Positions 22,802-34,583 of a stretch of DNA of 43,869 nt are shown here, piece by piece. The notes beneath the pieces are model-generated. The model searched no databases. It saw only the letters and a program-made list of their open reading frames with translations, and was not told where the DNA came from. The stretch is from Rotaria socialis (taxonomy: Eukaryota), in assembly GCA_905331295.1 (NCBI GenBank), contig CAJNYD010000459.1, forward strand, positions 412,975 through 456,843, written 5' to 3'. The position numbers and the translations under genes were made by a program. The first letter of the stretch is position 1, and every line of letters starts with the position of its first letter.

Positions 22802-23572
22802 ATGTCTATACATAATTATATTTCTGTTCTATGTCTTTTCTTCTCTTTTCCTTATACAACATTGACTAAAAAAGAATTTCAGTTGACAAGTAAAAATTCC
22901 TTTCATTATATTCATTGTAATAATAATTTTCATGTGAAAATAAATTCCATTAAATACTTCTATAATAAATATAATTGTACATTTATTATTCATGATAATG
23001 ATCATAGTAGAATGAATCTATGTTCAAATCAATCAACATGCATTTTGCATTTGAAATCTTTTTTATTTTTTCATACTCAACATCTTATTAATAAATGTCG
23101 TATGATTAAATTAAAATCTACTCAACTAAATTATTCATGTGTTACTGATAAATTTATATCGTTTAACATTTTCAATCAACCAAAGAAAAATGTTTCCGGT
23201 GTAATGTACACAAAAGTTACCATCATTGTATGTTTATGTATTGTCGTTTTTGTTAGTTTACTTGCTTTTATTTGTTCGTATATTGAAAATTTTTCGATTG
23301 ACGAAGAAAAATATTCAACGATGAATGAAATTCAGTTTAATACACAATCGATCTATGATAATCAAAGCAAACAAGAGTATGAATTGAAAATTTTATCATT
23401 AATTGAATCATCATCGTCGTCGTCGTCGTCGACGACGTTAACATCTCGTTACAACAAGAATAGTATTAAAAATCCAAGTGAATATGATAATTTAACAAAA
23501 GATACACATCAATTATCTGAATCACCATCTCAACTGAAAATTAAATTTTATGAAAACTATCAATTAAAATAA
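22802..23572 (+). CDS. Intronless single-pass membrane protein with a divergent SUEL/galactose-rhamnose lectin-like ectodomain and a Tyr-motif cytoplasmic tail
   Basis: ATG 22802 is followed by a signal-like segment. The Cys pattern IHC....KINSIKY...C...CSNQSTC...C...LNYSC resembles SUEL domains. The TM is VTIIVCLCIVVFVSLLAFICSY, and the tail contains SIYDN, SEYDNL and FYENYQL. Confidence 0.7.
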   Translation: MSIHNYISVLCLFFSFPYTTLTKKEFQLTSKNSFHYIHCNNNFHVKINSIKYFYNKYNCTFIIHDNDHSRMNLCSNQSTCILHLKSFLFFHTQHLINKCRMIKLKSTQLNYSCVTDKFISFNIFNQPKKNVSGVMYTKVTIIVCLCIVVFVSLLAFICSYIENFSIDEEKYSTMNEIQFNTQSIYDNQSKQEYELKILSLIESSSSSSSSTTLTSRYNKNSIKNPSEYDNLTKDTHQLSESPSQLKIKFYENYQLK

Positions 23573-24563
23573 TCGAATATTCATTGATTTCTTCTTTTTT
23601 TTTTGTTGCTCTGTAGACTTAATTTGCCTTAGGAATTAAAAGAATGTATCTCTTATCAGCAGAACATCTTTCACACTATTGACCGAAACATCAAGAATAT
23701 GTATATATTGTTAATGTGTGTATCCATGCCTGACACCTAATCAATTCACTATTGATAACATATGATAAAAAGCGAAGCCTTTCTCAACTGCACGTCGTCT
23801 CTGAACGATAAATATCATCGTTAGTAGCAATTTTGATGCGCAATGGGAGGGATGATGTATATGTGTCTCATCATGTTGGATCCATCTTCGATATCCATAT
23901 TCAATAATAATAGCAAAAGTGCATGACAGAACACAAAAAAAAAGAAGCCTGATAGATTCCATCGTGTGTATGCTTCTGGATATGAGGAATATATTTCCTC
24001 TTTTTCTTTATTATTTGATTATCTCTTTTATATACGGTAGCGTAACAGGAGCGTATGTGCTGTTTCCTTGCTTTCTCTCTCTCTCTCTCTGTATATGCAC
24101 CACTATCAGAATCAGAGAGTCGAAAAGGAGAGAGTAAGAAAAGAAAAGCAGAACTCTCCATTTTCTTTTTTCCTCTGTTCGAACCATTTGATGTATATAC
24201 GTGTGTGCGTATTGTACAATTATTCCTCTTCTTCTTCGTATTCTTCTTTCTCATAATAATTGTATATTGTCGTACATATATATATATATATACATTTTTT
24301 TTGTAGTACACAATTTACTAGACAGAAGCAGAGAAAGAACAACAGACAAAGAGAGAAAAAGAAAAAACCGTAAGAAGACGAAGAATAATCAATAGAAATC
24401 GAGAGAAAAAGAAAGGCGAACATTGTATTGAGCAACATTACCTTCCTCAATAATCATGTTAGTTAGTTTTTCGGTATTATTATCACGCAATAGTGCGTGA
24501 TCGACTTTATTAACCGAATAATCTGTATTGAACTTGTTCAATTGTATTTTGAAACTTCTATTC

Positions 24564-27500
24564 ATGGCCACAATAATTCAAAAATCTGATAATTATGAAA
24601 ATAAAAAGTTAAACAATGCAAATATCGAAAAGACTATGACACAAGAACGTACTCATCATAATAAAGGTAGGCGTGAAGAAATTTCAATTCGAGGCGCATG
24701 TTATTTTATAATTGACAAACACTTGTATAGATCGAGGTTAAATAGTTTTTAATAAACCTTCAATGAATGTCTATGATAAATTTATGTTGTTCTTCGTCGG
24801 TCAGATACTTCAGCTTATGAATATCGTATCGGATTAATTTTTCTTCTTCTGATTGACTCTTTTCTTTAATCTTATGTTTGAATTAGGTCTTTCGTTATTT
24901 TTTTTCTCCTTTTATGCTAATCGATGATAGACTTGCTTAGTCTCGTAGTTTATTGATCACGTAACCTGAACAGATTCTGACCTTTTCATCCTATTGACCA
25001 GTTAGTCTCCTATTTAGCATCCAACACATCTGCTCATCTTTCTTTATTAATCTGTCGTTTCTAGAAATTTATACACACGAGAACAGAAGAGATAGAGAGA
25101 TGTGTCCATGTTCATGCAATTATAACTGAGAATAATGACACTATATTGATTGTTTATCAAATACGGTTTTCTCGTTATTGTACGAGTTCTGCATGAGATA
25201 TAAACATCATATTTTCTTCGTCTTACTTTTTGATAGATACAGTTGATGAGAATAATCAAACGACAAGCTATGAATAGTAAATAATGTTATATCTTTCCCT
25301 AAAGTTAAAGAACCTTCCATATTGTAACATGTCAAAATAATAGATTTGATGCTGACAAGCATTGCTTTCATTATTTCTCCTTGATGGGTGTACCTGTCAT
25401 CATTATACTATAACGGTCAAATTACCCAACAGATCATCAACACTTCTATTTTTCAAATAAGAGCACAAAAAAAAAATATATATATATATATAAATCAACA
25501 TAAACATCGATCATAGTGTTCTTTTCGATTTTCAATTATAAATACGTACACATTTAGAGGACGTCACGATGTCGAATTCTGATCCTATTATTGTGTGCGA
25601 AGCGCTTCGTGAACAAAATGATGCACTTCGACAAGAACTTCATGATATACGACAAGTATGTATAGTTTTATTCTCACTACATGGATTATAATAGTTGATA
25701 AGACGAAATGTGAATCCATCTGATCATGTTCAATCGGTTTTGATAGGATAATTATATGATGACATTCGCAGTTTATGTTTGTAATTTCCTTCTTCCTTTC
25801 ACTCAACACTAGATCCATGGCGTGTCTGATAAGGGCATTAAATGCATAAGAGATATACTTGAAATAGATATGCCGATGACATGGATATTTCTATTTGTGT
25901 CCTTGTGCGAGAGTGAGAGAGAGAGAGAGAGAGAGGAGCGATTCTAAATTACTAATGATGTCGCTGAAATGAATTGACAGGACTTTGACAATTATTGATT
26001 ACTTTCGTAGGAAATGGACGAGATTACTGATCAATTTCGTACAGAAGATGCTGAAGAATTCAAACAATTACAAGCAGAACTTGAAGTGGCTGGTTGGTTT
26101 CATTTATAGAGCATGAAATATAATTTTAAATTCATTTTTTAGCTAAAAATTGTCGAATTCTTCAATTTAAATTACGTAAATCAGAAAAACGAAATGAAAC
26201 AATCGAAACTGATAAGGCTTTATTAGAAGGTAAGATACCACTATGTGTTTTGTAATAAGTTCTAAACAATTGTTATTTTTGTAATACGAAACTTTTATTT
26301 ATTGTTGACGTTATTCTCAGTTAGTATTTCTATTGAAATCAATAGAAAATTTGGCTACATTTGATCTAGAATATAACAGAGAGAGAGAGAGAGAGAGAGA
26401 GGGAAAGATAAGAAAACATTCATCATCATTATCAAGGTCTAATTGACGCAATAAATATTTAAACAAACGAATTTGTAATTTAAAGTATTCATTTGTATAA
26501 CGAAAATTTTGAATAGAACTTCTTTCTATTCTACTTCTCTCTATTCGTAATCTAAATGAATAAAATCGATTGCATTTTTAACCTTGTCAATTATTGTTTG
26601 TTGATTCAGAAAGACTAACAATCAATAGGTTTGACCTCTATCTGATGTGATTACTCATATAATAGGATAGGAACATTCTAATAGAGCTTACACGGTTCTC
26701 TAACGATAAATCTTGAAGGTTAAGTAGATATTTCTAATTGAATTGATAATTGTTAATATTATTAAATTTGTTATTTAGAAAAAATACAACAAATTATTCA
26801 TGATAATAATCGAGCTCGCGATTTCGATGAAGAATTACTTATTGCAAAAGAAGTCAGTGTTCGATTACATAGTGAACTTGAAAAAAGTGAAGAATCAAGA
26901 ATAATAACTGAAAAACTTAATATGGCACTCAGACAACATTTAGATACACTTAAAGAATCTCTCGATGAACAATTAATACAAGTAATTAAATTAAATGAGG
27001 AAACAACAGATTTTTTTTATCACGAGTTTTCTTATGTTTAGGATAGTACAGATGATTATCCTTTATGGCAATTGTCTGTCTGTTTATATGAAGCATTATT
27101 TCGTGAATATGTTCTTATGGAAGAATTATCATGGTTACAAACGAAGAATTTAACTACAAAAAATTCTTCTAATTTAAATACAAATAATAATAACAATGGT
27201 AATGATTTATCGGATTTAATGAATTCATATCAACACAAAATATCAGCACTTAACAGTGAAATATCAAATCTTAAACACGATATAACGAGTCGCGATAAAG
27301 AACTATCACAATTACGTGTGCAATATAAAATATTAAAACAGCGTAGTCGAAGTGCAGATAGAAATTCGAGTTCATCAGAAGATGTCGCAAATAATGATCG
27401 ATCAAGACGTGGCGTTAGCGTTGATGGCGGAGAAAATTTACGTGAACAACTTGAAGCATCATTAGATGAAATTCGTTTATTAAAAAATAAATTATTAAGA

Positions 27501-30500
27501 TCAGAAGATGATGTAAATAATGCTACTTTAGAAAAAGAAAGTTTACTAGCTAAACTTGATGAACAATCTAAACAAGGTGTTGACGACACAGTCAACAAAA
27601 GTCTTCAAATATTCATGGACAAAATCGGTAAATAATAAATTTTGATTTCATAACAATTCTATATTTAGTTTATTTTTCTTACAGACTATCTAATAATACT
27701 TATCAAAGAAAATAAAACCGATGAGAAAGTTGTCGTCGACTTACAGCAATTTCTACATTCATCACGATGGAGTAAACAATTAACCGTATGTTTCACCTTT
27801 GAAAATAAATTTAAGCAAATTTATAATCACAATTGATTGAGTTATTGAGATAGAAAGTAACAAAAATAAATAAATAAATGCTAAGAAGTATTGCAAATAG
27901 ATTCTATTCATCAGCACCTGAACAAAAAAAAACGTTTATCCTGCCTTTTCTTTAACGGCGATGACAATTCTAAAGGAAAATAAATACTGTTTATTCTATA
28001 TTCGATTGCATAAACATGAATTTGTCACCATAGAGAATCTATAACATCAACAAAATATTTAGATATCATTGATGGATTAATCTAACCCGCCGATATCTAT
28101 GTAAAATGAACTGTTTCTCTCTCAATGTCATGCACAGCATTTCATAATACAAGCTGTCAGTTACATCTATCGAGGGAAAAATTATTGAGTGACCTTTATG
28201 TTTAGCGAGAATATTCTAAGAATATATCTATATATATAAATATTCTTCATTTATCTGTTAATGGATGTTCGTTAATGGGAAGAATATTTAAGGTGTAATA
28301 TGTCATCTCAGATGAATGATAGACATTATAATCGCTACTTCATCTCAGATCACAAAATAAACCACATAGAAGTGCCTATGATGAAAGAGGATACATTAAA
28401 TTTCTTCATAAAAAAAAAGAACGATGTAAAATGCGTTTTGATTACCTCAAGCAATGTATTCTTTTGTTGAACTCGTGTATGTTTTCAAAGAAACAAAAAG
28501 AGAGTGCATATTTCATCACGAAGTCTATCAGTTCCTTTCTCTTGCTAGTCGATTGATCGATCAAAGACCAAAGGTCATCTATACAGATCTACGTCCTTGA
28601 GTTTCTTAGAAAATCGCGAAATGTATTAAACGATAGTAAAAACAATATTTCGTAAGTTTTTTTAAGAATATCGTAGCGCGATCAAAATATAGTTTTAAAT
28701 TTTGACACGTGTTAACATTTGTAATGATAGCTAGTGCTGTGTTGATTTGGCATAGTTGACATATAACTGACATTAAAGTATAGCCGAACAGCTTTTTGCT
28801 TTCGGCAATAAACAATACGAAAATTTCTATGTTTATCTCAGTGCAGGATGAAGATGATTGCCGATCTATTACATAATTCTACACAGCAGGTGAAATCAAT
28901 CATAATAAAAAAAAGGAAATTAAGGAACATAATATAGAGAAATAACTTTCTATAATAAGTACCTATCCTTGAAGACTAATAATTATCTATCAAATTCTTT
29001 TCGCTTTAATCATTTCGGATTGGTATATTGTACCCGAAGAAATATGGTATGAAAAGCAATTTAAAATAATACATGGAGAGTATTGTCGACAAAGAAAATA
29101 TAATCATAAATTGTGCAAAAATGTTTGTATGCACGCTTTTCTATTATCGAGATCTATCATGATCTATAATGGATCGAGGCATTTTCTTATCCGATGACGT
29201 CTTTTACATACTAAATGTACAGATTATTATTGGATCAAATTTACATTCGTGTCAACTGTTACTTTGAATTTTTATTCAGGGAACAAACAGAATTGCCAAC
29301 GATTGTTCTTTGTTATTATGGGAGTTGTTTTGCTATCTATATCTTTTAATAACACGTTTCCATGTAGTTTGTTATTATCCCTACTGTAAAAACACCGTCT
29401 AGTATTGTTTTCTATCCATTAAATTGTCAAAATATTAGATTGATATGTAAAACAAAATGCGCTCGGGTTACATTTTGGACCGAACAATCAGAAGTATTTC
29501 CTATGTCAAATATTGCTTTTGATTTAAGCGCTACCGTTATTTTTCTAAGGGTAATACCTAGATAGTTGAACTTCTAACAAAGAATAAATCTGCATACTCG
29601 TTGCGTTGTACATCCTGTCAATATTGACCTTTGAACGTATAGAAATTTTGCAGAATAGAATATCGGCATATTTAATCATGATTTGTTTTACGTCTTAAAT
29701 AACCTTCCAAGAAAAAGAAAATGAGAACAACGTATCGCTCTCAGAACAATTCTCTATGAAGACATAATTGTTGGCTTAAAACTTTTCAGATGTATTCAAA
29801 ACTTAGAACGTTTTGGTCATCCTTGGTCTCAGCATTTGATTGTATGATTGAGAAAGAAGAGACTCTTTTTGCAATATTAGTATATTTCTTAATCTTTACT
29901 GAGTACGACCAGAGTGTCGGAAGCATGATGGTATCTTGAAGGGACATTAAGCCTTGTAGTGGATTAAAAGACACGCGATTGTGTTCAGAATGATGTTGTG
30001 TAATTTTAGCATAGTGTTGGTAGTTTCCGCTCCGTTATCCTCCATAGATTTGTCACCGCCTCCGTCTAACATTGGTTTCGCTATTAGACAAAAAAAAAAG
30101 AAAAGAATTCAAGTCTGTAATATTCTATTTAGGAAGAACAACTTCAAACACAATCAGCTGTAACAAAGTCTACAGAAAAAACATCTGAAATTGTTCAACA
30201 TGCCAATGAACTTCTTAATGAATTACAAACAAAAAAAGATATACTTGATAAAATTCGTTATCGTCTAACCAACTTGACGTATGACACAAATGATACATGT
30301 ACTTTGTTAGAAGAATTGGATAAAGCAAAAAAGAACTTCGACGAAAAACAACAGATGTATAATAATTTACAGAGATCATTTGATAGTCTTCAAATTTCAT
30401 CGAAAAAGTTCGAAGAACACCTTCAAAGTCAAGTAAATAAAAATCAAATATTAGAAAAAAATTTCGAACAGCAAAAATCCGTTAATAATGAATTACAACA

Positions 30501-33399
30501 AGAAAATACACGTTTATCATCATTGAACGCTAAACAATTACATGATTTAAAACATCTCGAACAATTACGTCAATCAATATTAACATTTGAGAAAAAACTT
30601 GACCAAAAACAAACACGTGTTAATGAATTATCAATGAAAATAATTGAAAAAGAAGATATTATTGAAACAAAAGTTAAAGAATGTCAAAAACATCGGCTAG
30701 AATTACGTGAACTTGAAACAAAATATTATACATTAGGAAAACAATTAGAAGAACAAATTCTAGCAATGACAAAAGAAATGGAAAAACTTAACGTTGAAAA
30801 AGAAATGCTTCGATTTGATCTCGAATCAATACGTTTAAATCAAAAGAATGTAAGTTTTAATCATAGATTTGATTGCTTCGATAATCTGTAAAAACAACGA
30901 AGATAGGAACGATGAAGTGGTGTTGAGGTCTAATACTAATCCTTCTTATTATCTTATAGGATCGTCCGGCATCAGCACGATCAACAGCTGAAGATGAAAT
31001 TGCCCGTGTTAAAGCTGAATGTAATCAACAGATAATCGACGGAGAAGTAGAATCTTACAAGCTTCGTATAAATCAATTAACAAATGAAAAAAATGATTTA
31101 TTAAAAACAATAAAAGATCTCGAAAAACGATGTAAAGAATTACAAATAAAACACGATGTCAATGAACAATCATGGATACGATTGAAAACCGATACGTCTG
31201 AAAAACAACGCAAAGTAAACTTTTCATGTTGTTCTGTTATAGAACTAAAATTTTCTTTCCATAGTATGATGAAAGTATTAAAATAAAATCTGAATTACAA
31301 AATGCAGTTGATCGTCTTCGTCAGAAACTGTACGATCTTGAAAGTCATGCACAAGAGAAACAAAATAAACATGCCATTGATAGACACCAATGGGGAATTG
31401 AACGATTAGAATTAGTTGGAAAAATAAATGAAGTAAAAAAAAACGAAAAATGTGTTTTGATAAAAAAAAAAGAAAAATATAATTTTTAGTTAGAAGAACA
31501 ATTATCAAAAGTAACAAAACGTCAACGAAAAGATCTTGAAACAGTATGGAAAAAAGAACGAAATGAATTACAAAAGCAACTTCAACAATCTCAACAATCG
31601 TTAAAAGATGTACAAAAGCAAGTCACCAATCGCGAAGCTCCTAGTCATGTAACTGAAAAAATTAATGTTCTAATGACCGAAAATGAATTATTATTAAATA
31701 AAATCAAAGAACTTGAAAATGTGGTTGATGATGTTCAATTGCTGAAAAATGAAATGCAACGTTTACGAGATAAAAATTCATCGGATTGGAATTATTGGCG
31801 AAAACAGCAAAGCGATCTTTATGCACAATTACGACAACAGCAATTTATCAAAGAATCAATTCTTAATAAATTCGATCGATTACAAAAGCAGGTAAGCTGA
31901 CAATAATACAAGCAAATATTTCGCCTGCTACATATTCATTTACTCTCAACCTAATAACAATTTACGTAACTTCAGTCCTACACCGCTTATATTCTCATAA
32001 TAGAAAGAAAGCTACGAGAACGATAGTAAAGCAGGCTTTATTTGCTAAACATGCAGAGCACATTAGATTAGATGCATGGAAAAACAATTGACTAATCCAT
32101 TCCATTGGTTGTTCGGATAGATTGGATTTCTGTTCTATAATGAAGTTGCATTACTATTATAGCCACGTGCTGAAAAATTACGCTTGATGAGATTTCTATT
32201 GAATGTTTTTTATTTTATTTATTTGAATGTAGATTCGATCTGGCAATGATCATGATCGTCATATTCGTGATCTTAGTGTTGGTCCAATATCTCTCAATAG
32301 TTTATACAATGAGACAGCAGCCAAATTGAGTCATCTAAATTCAAGTCATGAAACATTACCGGATGACATAGAACTTCCGCATGGAATTATCGATATACAA
32401 TCAGTTAGTGTCAATGAAATAGCTGGTACCGTAAAGGATTTCACATTGTTACCAATGTCACTAATGAGTGACGATAAACAGCATACGTTGAAAAATACGT
32501 ATGCAGCACAAGAACATACAGCAGCTAGTCTCGATGAGGTACTGTAATAAAACGCGCAAATGAATTAAATATCATTTTTTTTATTGCTCTCTTAGATTGG
32601 AATTAAACTTGAACGTGTTGAAGATAATCTATTTTCTTATCGACGTTTTATGGATTTTATTCGAGCGTAAGTCTAACAACACAACTAACGTATTCCTATG
32701 TCCAACGTTTTTCTTTTTTTCAGTAAATCCGAAAAAAGTGGATCGATTGCACGCGATGACAGTATGAATAATATTGCTAATCAAACAATGTCTGCGGCTC
32801 ATAGCAAACGGTTAGCTTCAGCACCACCGGAGAATATGAATTTAAAAGCACAGCGTCGTTCTCGGTTTGATGCTAATGGTAATACTAGTCAGGAACATAC
32901 TCCGTCACCACTGAATGAAACTCCATCATCAGAATTACTAACAAATTCAGTTATGTCACCAACGACGAGTACGAAAAATCGATTTTTTTCATTGAGTCGT
33001 CGTTTTCGTTTTCGTACTCAATCACCCGAAAAAAATTCAATGACACCAGTATCTGTTCATTTTCTTGACGAAGATATTGATTTAGAAACAAAGGAACGAA
33101 TATGACGATCATGATCATTGCCANGATCTATTACAAAATGTTGAAAAAGAATCGTCATCAACATTAACAAAACCTATTTTACGCCATTCAAATTCAAGCA
33201 GACAAACAGCTTCATTTGATTCGGCAGCAAGTATGGTTAGTGCAAGTGAATCGATAACTACTATCGGTAGTAGCACACGAAAACCAACATCAACAGCAAG
33301 ACCACTTATGCTTGCGGCTGTAAGTTCAAATCTACTTTGATTTTCGTAATTGAACTTTTCTCTTTGCTTGTCTTTTAGAACAAAGCTGAATCATCATAG
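24564..33399 (+). CDS. SOGA/MTCL-family long coiled-coil protein (about 15 exons)
   Basis: Approximate exons: 24564-24666, 25558-25655, 26011-26092, 26143-26229, 26779-26981, 27042-27627, 27685-27785, 30133-30849, 30960-31214, 31265-31432, 31490-31891, 32233-32538, 32596-32666, 32724-33319 and 33379-33399. The motifs LQAELEVAAKNCRILQFKLRKSE and AKEVSVRLHSELE match the SOGA/MTCL signature. There is an apparent +1 frameshift near 33093, and the start codon is uncertain (24564 or 24636). Confidence 0.85.
25908..25935. repeat. (GA)n microsatellite in an intron
   Basis: Direct dinucleotide run. Similar runs lie at 26378-26401 (GA), 24074-24090 (TC), and 1117-1133, 24276-24292 and 25476-25492 (TA). 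Confidence 0.9.
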
Positions 33400-34268
33400 C
33401 AAATTTGTTCAATAATAATTGTTATAATTTTTATATATTGTTTTTCTTTTTCTATATTTCTATTCGAATATTTCTCATGTGTCATATTCTTATTTGTAAA
33501 ATTTAATTTTTCTTTTGTTTTTTTTAAACATACATGATCAGAATTGTATCACAATAATTTTGTGTGAAAAACAGAAAACAAAATGCAAAGAATATTATGA
33601 CGAATAAAGAATGAAAAACACAAATTTATTTGTAAGACTTCTAATTTCATTTTTATATGCTTAGGAAAAACATCTAACATAATACGATGCTTGATTATTT
33701 GAAATACAATGTCAAATGAAGTAAAATAAATCGATATTTGCGCAGTTTTTATTTGCATGATCTCATCTTAAATTAGTATAACAAAAATCTGTGAACGAAG
33801 AAATAGACTAAAAAATGCCGATTTATAATCGTTTTAAAATGTTTCTTTTTCTACAAAGAAATGACGCATATTTATTGTCGGAAATACCTATTCATTAATT
33901 CGTGAGTTTGTCTATGATGCACAAGGAAGAAAATAAATCGAAAATTATACATTCGTCCACCCAATTATTAGCCATGGTGAGTCGAAAAACATAAATAAAG
34001 TAACTCGGAATGAAAAGCATGATTTATTTTTTTCAATGCATGATTCAGAAGTTGGTTCCGACTTTATTTTATTACGTTTATCATAAATTACTACCGATGA
34101 GGATTGAAACACTTTAATATTCATTTTTAATGATGCAACTCAAATAACATAAATAATCATGAAGTGCATTCGTCAATATCAAATAATCATTCCCTACTAG
34201 TATTAAATAGAGACTACTCACTGGTAATATAACTTATTATTTGCACGTCATAGCAATAAAATATCCAA

Positions 34269-34583
34269 ATGAATTCGAAGCATTTATTTCTTGCCATTGT
34301 ACTGCTCGTAGTGGTATTAGTGATTCGATCGACACACGGAGCACTACTTTGTGAACTCGGCTATCAACCATGTGGTACACAGTGTTATAAACCAGCGACA
34401 GGTGACCAGTGTTTTAATAACGGATTGATCTGTGGACTCGGCTATCAACCATGTGGTACAAAATGTTATAAACCAGCGACAGGCGACCAGTGCTTTAATA
34501 ACGGATTGATCTGTGGACTCGGCTATCAACCATGTGGTACACAGTGTTATAGGCCAGCGTCCGGTCAACAATGCTTTGAATAA
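34269..34583 (+). CDS. Small secreted Cys-rich protein with three 27-aa repeats, CBM52-like
   Basis: Signal peptide MNSKHLFLAIVLLVVVLVIRSTHG, then 3x L.C.LGYQPCGT.CY.PA.G.QCF(NNG). Intronless, with AATAAA at and after the stop. Confidence 0.85.
   Translation: MNSKHLFLAIVLLVVVLVIRSTHGALLCELGYQPCGTQCYKPATGDQCFNNGLICGLGYQPCGTKCYKPATGDQCFNNGLICGLGYQPCGTQCYRPASGQQCFE
34350..34578 (+). repeat. 81-bp coding tandem repeat, about 2.8 copies
   Basis: Units start at 34350, 34431 and 34512 and are nearly identical at the DNA level. Confidence 0.95.

Noticed and set aside
23741..24450. Cluster of overlapping short ORFs on both strands
   Set aside because: These arise from low-complexity TC/TA/GA-rich sequence upstream of the SOGA-like gene, likely promoter or 5' UTR.
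27230..27598. 122-aa minus-strand ORF (likewise 34344-34571)
   Set aside because: Antisense shadow of a real coding exon.
34350..34578. Regularly spaced repeats as a possible CRISPR array
   Set aside because: They are contiguous 81-bp in-frame coding repeats with no unique spacers, in a eukaryotic context with no cas genes.
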